Assembly (NCBI RefSeq): GCF_036588685.1
Contig: NC_086376.1
Span: 63,674,001 to 63,738,000 of the forward strand
From: Mytilus trossulus
Lineage: Eukaryota
Reading direction: 5' to 3'
DNA: 64,000 bases
Under the pieces are notes generated by a model. That model did not search any database. It had not been told where the DNA came from and saw nothing but the letters and a program-made list of their open reading frames with translations. Positions 39,956-52,879 of this stretch are shown here, one piece after another. The number at the start of each line of letters is the position of its first letter. The stretch's first letter is position 1. Made by a program: the position numbers and the translations under genes.

Positions 39956-42744
39956 GGTACTTATATTGATAAAATTTAGTGAACAACCAAAACAGATATA
40001 ATAGGTTGATGTGACAATAATGCGGATCCAAATCCTTGTAAACATTGATGACAAATAAATACCAAACAAATACAAAAACAAAATGCTTTAAACAATCGAG
40101 CAAACATACATATCAATCTAACAAGGATGCCAGCCAAAAAAGGTATAGTTGATAAAAAAAAAACGTCATAATAGATTTCATGATTAAATTTTGTTAAGCC
40201 AGAAGCGCGTTGCATCTCTACAGTAAATTCATTACAAAGGTCAACACCATGAACACCTGTTAAACAATTATTTGATAGAAAGTTTTTAGTTAGAGTTTAT
40301 ACATAAAATCAAAAATTGATCAAATGTAAAGCTATGTTTCCTCATTTGACGAAAATAGCGAAAAGAACATCCTGACGAAGTATCCAGTTTTGTCACAAAA
40401 CAGTCTTTAACTTCGTATTGATAAATGATACATTTTGGCAATAATAGAAACAGAAGTTTACAAGTCTGTATCATGTGCCGTCTCATTTCAAATATTTTAC
40501 TATCATGTGTTGTCTTATTTTAAAGGATCTGCTATCATAGATATAAGAAGATGTTGTATTAGTGCTAATTAGACAGCTCTCCATCAAAGTCAAAATTTAT
40601 AAAAGACAATTATAAGTCAAAGTACGGTCTTCAACACGGAGAGAACAGCAAGCTAAACAGGTGTCCAAAAATGCCGACTCATCTCTACGTTAGGAGATCT
40701 TCTATCATGTGTCATTCAATTCTTTAAATGATATGCTATCATGCGTTTTCTCATTTTAAAGTCTTACATTCATGCGCATTATCATTTCAAAAGAGCTGTC
40801 ATGTGACTTTTCGTTTTTAAGATCAGCAGCATATGCTGTCTCGTTTGAAAAGGTGTGATATCATGATTGTGACGGCTTATCTTCAAAATTCTAATACCAT
40901 GTGCGGTCTAATAAGTATAGTAGTTATTAATTGTTCTGCAAATTTCAAAATATTATTGCTATTTAAGCTCATATAATACCTTCATCCTTAGATGATAATT
41001 AACATTTTGTTTGTATATCGACCTGTTGCTTCGTTATCAGTTTTGAATTATATCTTTATAAATGTTTAATATATTATTACGTATGAAGACTTGTGCAACG
41101 AACATCTGTATAAGGCTTATGTTTGTGCAGTGAGATTAATAAGGCATTAACTACCAAATGGATTATCATCGAATTAAAACCGGATTAAGTTAATTAGAAG
41201 ATTATGTTCTTAAATACCAACAAGCATGGTAAAATCACCGTTTTCATATAAACAAAGCCTGAAATCGTGATAAAGTATCAGCATGTCGTGCGTATTTAAG
41301 AACTTGTCGTCATCAAGATGACTTCCGACAAGCACATATCAGAAAATGAAAGACAAAACCAAAAAAGTTATACAATAGCACAATAACGGGATGTGAAAGC
41401 ACCGTGACACGCTATATGTATCAAAGAAACAATAAAAGGCATATAGAAAAAGCACACCAGAAAAATGAAAGACAAAAATACGAGAATATCATTAAGAATA
41501 ATGACTGGATGTACAAGTACCACAAGTATCTTAATCACAATAAAAACAAACAAACATTTAACAAAGAAGCACATATCAAATTAAACAACGTTAATCATTG
41601 CTTTCTTATTGTGTTGAATTTTGAATGGTTAGATTAACATTGACTATAACGTAGAATTGCGCGTTTGACGTCAGAATGTAGACGTCGCATATGTAGAGAT
41701 CGATATAAAAGAGTTTTATCGTTCAAAGTATGAAAATAAATTAGTCTATAGTGTTTTAGGCATAGCCTATTACCTTCCCTTTTTGTCGCTTGTCTATATG
41801 CGTATTGTGTATTTCTATTGAAAAAAGGGCCAAGTCATTATGTATAAAAGTAGCCCAAAAGGGCATATAGGCAAAGCATCATCAATATGAAAGACCAGAA
41901 TACAAAACATTATAGTAGAATAACACAATAGCGGGATGTATAAGTCCAGAGATATTAATATATTCCATTTTAATGTAGTTTTATTATTAATATTATTATT
42001 ATTATTCACCTGAATGATCGCAAAGATCCAACATGGCTGAATAAAAAATATGTTAACTTATATATTAACCTGTATAGGAATGATATGTTGTTTGTCTTGT
42101 AAGTCTATCGTACTACTACGGGTGTCTTATATAAGAATTCAGATTTGAGCACTCATGTAATCCGAATTACAACAACACATCATCTGACAATGATGACATT
42201 TTTTTCCGAAGTTTTTCGTGGCTTCAGTAAACATAAAATAATCATTCAATTCTGGTATATTTGATGCGTTTACCTTAAACAGCAAATGGAAGGGCATATC
42301 TGATTCTATTTGATACTTAAGTTTCACTAAATTCCGTGTAACGTAAATCAACGGTATATTGCTGGACCATCTGCAAGTTCTACAAAGGAATTGTCTATTA
42401 GATTGACATAAATTCTGTTTGCAGTGACAGAAGGTATCCCGAAATACAATGAAAATGTTTACCCTCGTACATAGTACTAGTGGTATACTAGTTATCAATT
42501 GTGTATTCTAAAAACTAAAAAAAACAGATCTGGATTATCTTATTTCACTCTGGAAAAATCCTATCGACTCTTCCCCACCATTCCCCGTGTCAAATTGGAA
42601 AAGAAATAATACAACATGCTATCAATATAAAAATGGTAGCATGCACTTTATGTTAATTGATTTTTGGCATTTCATACATATTGTGTTAATAGTGAACATA
42701 AAGGTTGAATGTTTTACATCAATAAGGACTGGTTTTTAGTGATC

Positions 42745-42850
42745 ATTATGCTTGGGTTTCTTATTGAAAAAATATCGGTTTAATTTGGAGGTATACCTTT
42801 TTAACAAATTGTTTGCCTTCGTATGGGAACGAACTGTGTGTCTCTCCTTA
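42745..42850 (+). pseudogene. Highly decayed Penelope-type RT fragment
   Basis: Translates, with shifts, to MLGFLIE..V.FGG..F.QIV.LRMGTNCVSLL, paralleling MLDF.IDNIFV..GIPMGTNCAPLL at 47090-47165. Confidence 0.6.
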
Positions 42851-44791
42851 TTTCTTTATTTTCTTAAGTGTTGGAGTTCTATTAGGCATTTGTCAAAACA
42901 GGGTATTTTTTTAGTGCTGTCGTAAGCTCATCTGATCAAATTCATATATAATTTCACTTTTTACTAACCATCATGTAGTATCTACCCTTTATGTGATCTT
43001 TATTGTTCCAAAAAAAATCAGACAGATTTGGCTAATACATTTTCATGTGGTTCCCAGTTATATTTCGATATGTACAAAGGGATTAAATTGTTAAGAGGGT
43101 ACACAGGCAAAATTTGTTGTGAAATTTTTCACATGAATTTCACATAAACTTTTACAAAAAAAAAGTTCGTACTTTTCATGATTTTAATCAGAATTAAAAA
43201 TTTAATGTTATTTGCATTATGTTATTTTGTCATGTGTACTATTGTTTGTCTGTTTGTCTTTTCATTTTTAGCCATGGCGTTGTTAGTTTATTTTCGATTT
43301 ATGAGTTTGACTGTCCCTTTGGTATCTTTCGTCCCTCTTTTATAACCACTGGGTCGATGTCTCTGCTGGTGGACATTTTGTCCCCGAGGACATCATCCGC
43401 CATGTAGCAAAACTGCAATTGCATGAATTTATGAAGATCAAACAGGAAACTGGCTCGGACGTCGCCCAGGATAAAAAGGTCTGAAACAGACGTCACCATA
43501 GACACGGTGTCGTCTGATACGGCAGGTGTCCCCGCATCACCAGAAATGACAATTATCTCAAACATGACTCATTCAGATCATCGTCCTAGTGACAATAGCA
43601 ATATTACACATAAACAGCCATGTTCGGTTCTCCTTAAAGACATTTTGGTTTTTGATGACACAGTACAATACTGTCGCATTTCGAAATGTGAGACCGAAGG
43701 CTGCAAAACTTCTGAAATTTTAATTACAGATGCGGAATTCACAAGCAATTTGACCAATTAGTCATATTTTATCAGAAGTTACGGTGATATGTATTGTAAA
43801 TCGATAAATGTCGTCTACGGATTAGAGCACAACCTTTGCGGATTAGTATACGTCGGTTAAACGAGAGGAAGGCTAAACAAACGTATGTGTGGTCAAAGAT
43901 CAGATTAATCTCAATGCTAACGACATTCTATACCATCATTTCAATCAGCCGATCATTCCATCGTTTCTATGACAGTTCGCATTATCGAAAAGATATACCA
44001 TAGCTCCTATCTTTCAACGACCCTCCGTAGACAAAAAGAGGACTACTGGAATAGACAATCGGGAACGGCGACATCTTATGTTTGCAATGACAATATTGAC
44101 GGTATAGGTATTATATCCAGTCCTTCGTGTAACTCGGTGAATGTGATGAATATTTTCAACTCGACTCTTCGACGTTGACGCAGTCATGGTCATCGTCTTT
44201 ATACATCACCTTATCTGCATGATGTCTTAATTAATGACATGCTGCCATTTATACAAAAGTCGGTAGGTATTCATCACATTCGCACGAAACTTTATTCATT
44301 ACCCCTTTAAAACTTCATTCTCTGTTCAATTTAGGTTAAGAATCCACTGTAACAAACCCTCATTCAAACCAATACAAATTTGAAGCTATAATTTCGGATA
44401 TTGCCAGTCACAGACTTTTCATGCCAGTATGCATTGGAAAAGATGAAAAAGAGAAAATATATTTCCTTAATCTTTCCTTTGCCAACAAAGGTCTCTATGG
44501 CGTCAACTAAGCCAATATCCTTCATCATAAATTGGTTCAATCGAAAATACCAGACCGTACCAATCATTTATTTTACCTATACCAAACCTTTAATTTCAAC
44601 TAAAATTTTTAATTACAAACACGTTTTGCAGGATCTCGATATTGACGACTTCAAGTCTAAACCTCCTGATTGAACTTGTGCTAGTTCATTGTTAATAACA
44701 CTTCTCTAAGAAATGTGTTATCGAAAGGTCCGAAATATCGTGAGCCTAAATCCATTAATTGAGAATACAACTTTGAAATGTTGTTGGATTC

Positions 44792-45642
44792 CAGGGTTTC
44801 CGCTGGCGGTCGCCATTTTCGCAATTTGCGAAAAAATAACAATTGTGGCGATTAAAATTTGTCATTGGTGAAAGAATTTGGCGAAAGAAATATATAACTC
44901 TGACTTTACCGATCAGACAATACTCGGAATTCACCTTGAACTCGTTAAGATTTTGACCGAAAATCAATAAGCGGCTGATTGCATTCATAGCTATCGACAT
45001 CAAAGGACTAATTAATAAAGGTGTTGATTGTATGATATGACAAAATGATATAGTTAAATGGCTTCTGTCATATGTCACAAAAAGGTTTCTTAACCACTTT
45101 GCGACGCACGTGTTTAAAGCAAATTTTTTACGCTTCCTCTCCTTCTTTTGTATGATAGTCCAGAAAAGAAAATTGCTGTTATGATGAAAAATGTTCAAAA
45201 GCAAGAAAGGTCTCTGATTTAAAACTTTATCATTTAACTTTCATATATATTATTGATTTGAGTAAGTACTTCAAAGTCATTTCGGTGATACACGTGTTTC
45301 AAGCATATACTTTAACTTATTTCCGATGGTCTAGAAAAGAAAACTGTCGTTATGAAGAAATCTATTCAAAAGGTTGGCACGAGAGTAACCCTTCGATGTA
45401 ATGACTACACCTTACACGAGGTATCAATTCCAAGTGATAAGATGCTTCGTTTTGTTGTAAAAACCACTTCTTACTTAGTGTGCGTGTGCGGGGGGGGGGG
45501 GGGGGGGGGGGCTGAAAAAAAGGAAAATTTTAAAAGAAAAATATATTTGTATTACTTAGCGAAAAAATAATAAAGTGGCGAAAAATATATTGTTTTGACG
45601 AAAGAAGTGGCGAAAAAAATAATTGAACCAGGGGAAACCCTG
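44792..45642. mobile_element. hAT-like MITE nested in the PLE
   Basis: TIRs CAGGGTTTCCGCTGG / CCAGGGGAAACCCTG; 8-bp TSD TTGGATTC (44784-44791, 45643-45650); internal G run at ~45490-45511. Confidence 0.92.
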
Positions 45643-45869
45643 TTGGATTCAGTCGAGGATTATGCTAGACAATGGGCTAAGCGCGAGAAGGAAGACGTAT
45701 AAGCTCTTTCCGAATGGATTAGAGCAGTGAGGTAGGTCGTTGATACAAATCAGAATTAAGAATCTGAATGGGTCTATCAATGCCCATGCTACGTCAATCT
45801 TTAAAGACCCAAATGTTGCAAAAAAATTATCCTACCTCCATGACAAGTATGTCCCCGCAGATACATTAA

Positions 45870-46488
45870 GGGCATACGATACAGTTACAGGGGAGGTAAT
45901 GACGTTGCTAACGTAAAATGTTATTTTCGCGACGTCAAACTGTGACATATCAAGAAAAGATGCATTTTTCGACTGATTTTTATCATTCAAACTGATTTAA
46001 TTTGAAAACGAGTTCATGGACCCCTATTTTTCAAAACAGCAATTTGTTTCATTTTGCAGGGAGATTATGTGACCCAAATTTTATAAAACTGTAAATAGAG
46101 GATTTTTTTTAATTTTGATAAACATGCAGCAAAAAATGACGTATTTTCCTTAATTCATGAGCATTTGATAAATACGAGTTATTTCTGAATAAAAAATGCA
46201 TAATGTTTTATGATACTTATAAAATACAGAAATTACCGATTATTTAACAAAGAACAATTTGTGTTTATCTTTTATAACAAAAAAGTTATGTCTTTTTTTC
46301 AAAAAAGAAATTACGGCCACAAATCTGAATTTTGAGCAAATATACAAAATTTCGACCTCATTTTGCTCAAAAAGTAGCACATGAAGGTATATTTTTTATT
46401 ACATATTTGATTTAATCAGGTAAAAACTAGCCTATATGCAAATTTTTACGAACTTGTAAATACTGGATCGAAACTGTATCGTATGCCC
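45870..46488. mobile_element. Kolobok-like MITE nested in the PLE
   Basis: TTAA|GGGCATACGATACAGTT ... AACTGTATCGTATGCCC|TTAA; removing it restores the reading YINCLINELG. Confidence 0.9.
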
Positions 46489-49233
46489 TTAACTGCTTGA
46501 TAAACGAATTAGGTATTGACAATTCACTTGGAAACTCAACATATACCCTCACGACACTCACCAAAGAGGAAATCCTGGATAACGATAGGTCTGTTCTATG
46601 TTCCTTTGGAATTTCAACCAAAAATGAAGAACTGGATCTTCCATCACTGCATTGGATACCTAAACTACATAAGTGTCCTTACAAACAACGGTATATTGCT
46701 GGGTCTTCCAAGTACTCCACGAAACCTCTTTCTAAATTATTTACATCTATTTTATCAGCAATCAAAGACGGGCTTCAGAGTTATTGTGAAACTGTCTATT
46801 CTAGAGGTGGCGTGAATCAGATGTAGATCCAAATATCTTTTAGAGTACATTCAATCTAACTCTCTTTCATTTTGTAACAGTATTAAAACATTTGACCTTT
46901 CTACTCTTTACACAAGAATTCCACATTCCAAACTTAAAGACGAATTGAAAGAGTTGGTATTGATTTGCTTCATAAAAAAGAATGGCCAACGTAGATATAA
47001 GTATCTTGTTGTAGGGAGGGATAAATCCTACTTTGCAAAGGATCACTCTGAATCAAACAGAAAATTCTCTGAAACTGATATTATCAAGATGCTTGATTTC
47101 TCGATTGACAACATATTTGTTACTGTCGGCATTCCAATGGGAACAAATTGTGCCCCTCTACTTGCCGACTTGTTTCTTTATTATCATGAGGCTTACTTTA
47201 TGCATGAACTTCTAAGGAAGAAAGATAAGAAGTTAGCGATATCCGTTAACTCTACTTTCCGCTATATAGATGATGCTCTTTCACTGAATAAATCAAAATT
47301 TGACTATGTGGAACGCATCTATCCCATCGATCTAGGGATAAAGGATACTACAGACACATTTAAGTCGGCCTCATATCTTGACTTACATCTAGAAATTGAC
47401 AATGAGGGTCGGTTGAAAACAAAACTTTACGACAAAAAAGATGATTTCAGCTTTCCAATTGTGAACTTCCATTTCTTAGTAGCAACATTCCAGCAGTCTC
47501 ACATGAACTGATTTCACATGAGTTTCAAGTATAAGCTCGTTTTAGGTGAATTTACGTGAATTTTACGTGAGATTCACATGAATTTTAATTCAAGTGAAAT
47601 TGATGTGAACGAAATTTGCCTGTGTATAAGAAGATGTGATATGAGTGCAAATGAGACAAATCTCCATCCAATTCACTTTTAAAAAAAGTCAATCATTATA
47701 GGTCAAAATACGATCTTCATCACGGAGCCAAAAGCATTAGTCATGGTCATTAAATTTATAAGCAGAATTCATTTTATGTGATTCAAATTGCTTCTTGACC
47801 ATGAAAGGTGAATAATTTATTATCATAATTAACAAAACCATCATTTCAGGACTTTGAAAATATCTAGAGGATTTCTTGGAAATCTCGAGATATTATATTA
47901 AAGATGAACAGTGTTCACCCTGAGTGATTGCTGGTCACTTCTCACTAGTGGTACGTCCACTCAAGATATAGAGAAAATACAATGCAAGAAATCTATGTGC
48001 AGAGAATTTAAAAAAGTTTCCAATTTTTTATAATCTTTTATTGCTGATTTAACTTCCTAGAGTATTTGCTAAAACAAGAACATGTTTATTATGTATGTTG
48101 TTTCCAATTTCAACCAATTTACTTTAATGTTCGAAATAATTGTCAAAACACAAATTGGAAAGGGATTAATATAAGCTGCAAAACTTGTTTCCCAATCCAC
48201 TATCAACAAATATGTTTAAACTAACACAAAGTATACTAAAAAGTCATCATTTCAGAGCAATAACTCCTTTATCCGTCATCCAATTGTCTAATAGTTTTGG
48301 GTTAATTTTTTTTTTATAGATCTTGTATGGCTGATCAATTCTGCTGTCCATACTTTCTACCTAGCTACCTATCATACCTTTTTCTATAATATCATACCTT
48401 TCCCTGTACATTCAATTAGCAAAAAACATTGTTTTTTTCAAAACATATTCATTTTGGGGCTATCAGTTATCTAGGTTTCATCTAAAAGTAGATAATATTA
48501 GTAATTTTGTAGATTTTGACCATGTTTGCTGTTCACGGTTTTTACCTGCTTTGAATATGAAAAAAAATTGTTATTTTCTAGTAATTCTTGACATGTGTGT
48601 TGACAAACCATAAACCATGGCAGTTAAGTTGTTTGATTGACCAGAGTTAAAAACACAAACTTAATACCATGATGATAAAGTCTGATACTAGTTTAGTTGT
48701 TTTAGAGAAAGATTTTAAAAATAAGCGTCTGTAACAAAAATCGTCCTCTAAGTCATAAATGGGTCAGCCAATTGTTTAGATTGTATAAGAATGTTTGTAA
48801 ATCTTGCATTTCTGGTCATTTTCTGTCTTAACAGTTTTTCTTCTTCATTTGATCTCTGGAAGAGTATTCTCACCTTCACTCATTCCACGTCCTCTGATCT
48901 TTTAAATATACCTTTCAGATAAATTTTTTGTGATGAAAAGCAAAGACTTGAACATTTACCAAAATACACAATTGAAAGGCAACAACTATGCTGGAGTATG
49001 ACCAGATTATGTTGGTGAGAATATCCATTTCAAAGCATATTTGCCTAATTCAATACAAATCTGACAAGAGGAACACCATTAGATGTACATCAGCTATTAA
49101 AATGACATTTCATTTTTACTAATATTGCATTCCCCGAAATTATATATAAGCTATTTATTATATTACTATCCACAACAACAAGTTTATTTGAGTGTGTTTA
49201 ATACAGTATCTTATCATTATAAAATCACAAAAG

Positions 49234-49281
49234 TCATTCTCCTTTTAGGGTGGTTTCTAAATCTCCTGATTCTTTTAATTC
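49234..49281 (-). CDS. GLRX3: GLRX3 last coding exon (ELKESGDLETTLKGE*)
   Basis: tttgcAG acceptor; GLRX3-like C-terminus; TGA at 49236-49234; minus-strand AATAAA at 49183-49188 and 49154-49159. Confidence 0.92.
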   Translation of the reverse strand, partial: ELKESGDLETTLKGE

Positions 49282-49936
49282 CTGCAAATAAATAAAATAT
49301 TTTATTATAACAATAATATTCTGCAGAAAAAACAATCTCCTTGGAGGATGAATTTATCTTAGGTAAATCTGATATTATGTTGTTGAACTGATGTTTATCC
49401 ATGGTTATTATAGTAGATTATACTAGGTATATAGATAAGACACATGGTTTTACACATGGTTTTTTTTTTTTGGCCCTTTATATCTTCCTATTTGGTGTGA
49501 GCCAATGCGCTGTGTTGAAGTCTGTACTTTGACCTATAATGGTTTACTTTTATAAATTATTACTTGGATGGAGAGTTGTCTCATTGGCACTCATACCACA
49601 TCATCCTGTATCTATGTTTAATAAGGTATTTTATTCAGTTGATATAAGAACCCTACATAACAGACCAAAATTCATCTTTTATTTCGTATCTGAATGTTCC
49701 AAATTCGAATAAAAATCTTGCATCAGTGTGATTTCTATCAGAAGCAGCTGCCAGATGAAGACTTTGTCCTGGTGAGAGATGTCATTTTCACATGAATTAG
49801 TTTGTTTGACTGTTTGAAACTTTTCTTTGGTTTTTGAGAACTATTTTATCAGATCAGTTAACTCAGTGTGGAAATCGTTAATTCCAATCTAATTTTATAC
49901 ACATCTCTATTTTGTTTTTATATGAAATCAACATAC

Positions 49937-50069
49937 TTTAATAATATCTAATCCACCAATCAGCTCTCCCTTTACATAGATTTGTGGATATGTTGGCCAG
50001 TTAGAGAATTTCTTCAGACCTTGACGAACATCTTCATCAGATAAAATATCAAATGTATCATATGGCACT
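49937..50069 (-). CDS. GLRX3: GLRX3 exon ([44 protein letters not shown])
   Basis: Second WPTYPQ/GGLD block; tttttgtAG acceptor and GTATGT donor; phase 2-0. Confidence 0.96.
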
Positions 50070-50872
50070 CTACAAAAATAAATACACAACTTTATTCACT
50101 CTGCAAAAATAGATACACAACTTTATTCACTCTATAAAAATAGATACACAACTTTATTACACTACAAAAATAGATATACAACTTTATTCACTCTATAAAA
50201 ATAGATACACAACTTTATTCACTCTACAAAAATAGATCACAACTTTATTTACTCTACAAAAATAGATACACAACTTTATTCACTCTATAAAAATAGATAC
50301 ACAACTTTATTCACTCTACAAAAATAGATACACAACTTTATTTACTCTGCAAAAATAGATACACAACTTTATTCACTCTACAAAAATAGATCACAACTTT
50401 ATTTACTCTACAAAAATAGATACACAACTTTATTCACTCTATAAAAATAGATACACAACTTTATTCACTCTACAAAAATAGATCACAACTTTATTCACTC
50501 TACAAAAATAGATACACAACTTTATTTACTCTGCAAAAATAGATACACAACTTTATTCACTCTATAAAAATAGATACACAACTTTATTTACTCTGCAAAA
50601 ATAGATACACAACTTTATTCACTCTATAAAAATAGATACACAACTTTATTACACTACAAAAATAGATCACAACTGTATTTACTCTACAAAAATAGATACA
50701 CAACTTTATTCACTCTACAAAAATAGATCACAACTGTATTTACTCTACAAAAATAGATACACAACTTTATTCACTTTACAAAAATAGAAACACAACTTTA
50801 TTCAATCTATAAAAATAGATTCACAACTTTATTCAGTCTACAAAAACAGATACACAACTTTATTCACTCTGC
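50066..50872 (-). repeat. 31-bp minisatellite (~26 units) made of the GLRX3 splice acceptor
   Basis: The + strand unit cactctacaaaaatagatacacaactttatt reads AATAAAGTTGTGTATCTATTTTTGTAG|AGTG on the sense strand; the last unit is the real acceptor of exon 49937-50069. Confidence 0.95.
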
Positions 50873-51457
50873 CAAAAAAAATAACATAACATTGTTCATT
50901 ATACAAAAAAAGAAACATAACATTTTTCAACAAGAATGTGTCCATAGTACAAGAATGCCCCACTCGCACTATCCTTTTCTACGATCAGTGGTCCTTGATA
51001 TTGGAATCAAAACTCTAATTTGGCATTAAAAATAGAAATATCATATCATAGGGAATGTGTACTAAGTTTCAAGTTGATTGGACTTCAACTTTATCAAAAA
51101 CAACCTTGACCAAAAACTTAAACCTGAAGCAGGACAGACGTATGAACGAATGAACACACAAACCAAAAAAAGTTAATGACCTTAAGACAAAAAATGTAAG
51201 AGGGGAATAAAAATAGACACATAACATTATTCACTCTGCAAAATTTATAATACATATATTCAATACATTATTGTAAATTACATGTGCTTATTTATATTTC
51301 TTATAATTCTACATAGGACCTGAAATAACTGTAGTTTACCCATAAATATTTTGTTAATTCTACAAGGTATTTTTGTTAAAACCTATCAAGTTACTGCTGT
51401 AACATTCATAATCATTTGAACTTATCCATTAAAAAACCTTTGACCAAAACAGCTTAA

Positions 51458-52026
51458 AGGCATATGAAACCTCAAATTAAATAAAATTATGCATATGGTT
51501 TTTTTTAAATGGATAGCTTTCATTATACAACTTATGTACATGTACATATACTTTTTTCTGAGGAAAATTCTTTTATTTGTCCACATTTAGAAGAAGTTTA
51601 CTTATTCTTAATTGCTTCCTTCCAGGAAGTAATTCACTGACATATTTTCTGTATGCATAGTGACCTTAGTGTGACCCTCCTCGTAAAAATACGGTGATCA
51701 CAATAAGCATGGATCTGTCATTAAAATAAACAATTATCTGATCATTGTATAGAATAAACATGTGCTCAATATCCATGCTTTTTGTTGATTGTTTACTATT
51801 AGGTGACAATCGGTAAACTTCGGTTTCAAAATACGGCATATAATGAGCAGCCATATTTGTTGAATAATAACAGACAGAGAGAGAACAAAATTGACGATTA
51901 TACGATATATTTGTGTAAAAAATTATAAAATTGTGCACAGAGGGCTAAGTTTATGAAATATACATGCATTGGTTCAAGAATTGGATAAACATTATTTTTT
52001 TCACCAGTCACTCGTTTCATATGACT
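51458..52026 (-). mobile_element. Kolobok-like MITE, copy 2 (inverted, in a GLRX3 intron)
   Basis: TTAA|AGGCATATGAAAC ... GTTTCATATGACT|TTAA; interior is the reverse complement of 1627-2189. Confidence 0.85.
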
Positions 52027-52403
52027 TTAATATTTATTGGTATATCATTTCAGATTAAAAAGGGCAATGAGTAATATCATTGTTCATAACGTCAGGCTCC
52101 AAAATAAAAATAATATCACACTAATATTTGAATATCTATTGATCAGGGTATTCTTAATCAATTACAAGGTGTTGGGTATGTTTCCAAAAAAATAACCAAA
52201 ATGATTCACATTCTGAAATGGTTATTGTTCTACATAACTTCTTACTTATCTATAGATATCCATTCAACACTAGTTAAGCATACAAATATTTTTCCTTAAT
52301 ATTTCATTTCCCATGTTTCCAACTAATATTTCCCATTGTTGATACAACTTATTCAACGATGACTGTCTTTTGTCACTTAATTTCTTAATCTTTAAAAAGA
52401 ATA

Positions 52404-52757
52404 CACCTTATCGCTATTTAGTCCATTCCGGGAAAAACAGTCATTTACACAACTTCCTGTTTGGGTCACCGACCGAAAAATAGAGGTCATCAGTAGTGAG
52501 CTGAGGGAGAAAAAACTTTAGAAAGTGATCATCAAGAAACTTTGATATAGTATGATCCACTTTTTTCGAAATTAAAATTGAAGTAAAAACATATTTTGTT
52601 TGAAGTATTTACGGTAGTTTAAACAGGTCTCATTAAAAAGTATCATGCATTTTGAATTGTTTATACAGGGTCCCAGATAGCTTCGAATTCAACTGGATGA
52701 AAAAGTTGTGTAATTTTAGAACTTATCCGGAATGGAATATAAAATAGCGATTAGGTG
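52404..52757. mobile_element. TA-flanked MITE with the same TIR as 27034-27200
   Basis: TA|CACCTTATCGCTATTT ... AAATAGCGATTAGGTG|TA, with a different interior. Confidence 0.85.
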
Positions 52758-52879
52758 TATACTTCTGTCTTCCATTTAACTGTAATATCTGTTTTAGATA
52801 TAAATTTTGCAATGTATCTCAAAGACATGTTGTCATTACCCTTCATTTCAAAATTATATGAGAATTGTGCAACTCTGAG

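Larger units (their letters stand above)
43342..47496 (+). mobile_element. Degenerate Penelope-like retroelement with GIY-YIG endonuclease N-terminal to RT (Naiad-type)
   Basis: EN: CKSINVVYGLEHNLCGLVYVG*TRGRLNKRM...HHFNQ...RRQKEDYW (43790-44060). RT: WIPKLHK, TFDLSTLYT.IPH, GIPMGTNCAPLLADLFL, FRYIDD, YLDL, LYDKKDDF (46497-47490). Many stops and frameshifts; 3'-truncated. Confidence 0.9.
43102..47624. mobile_element. CAC..GTG TIR element (CACTA/CMC-like, TA flanks) enclosing the retroelement
   Basis: TA|CACAGGCAAAATTT ... AAATTTGCCTGTG|TA; sub-terminal TTCAC(A/G)TGAA-like repeats at both ends (43120-43150, 47498-47610). Confidence 0.75.

Noticed and set aside
44755-45570. ORFs 44755..45204 and 45352..45570 (poly-Gly)
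   Set aside because: Chance ORFs in or overlapping the hAT-like MITE; the Gly run comes from a G homopolymer; no transposase motifs.
47850-47950. Exon-like segment on + (ttcAG...GTACGT)
   Set aside because: Stops in all three frames and no supporting partner exons.
50066-50872. Possible CRISPR-like array
   Set aside because: Contiguous repeats without unique spacers, eukaryotic context, no cas genes.
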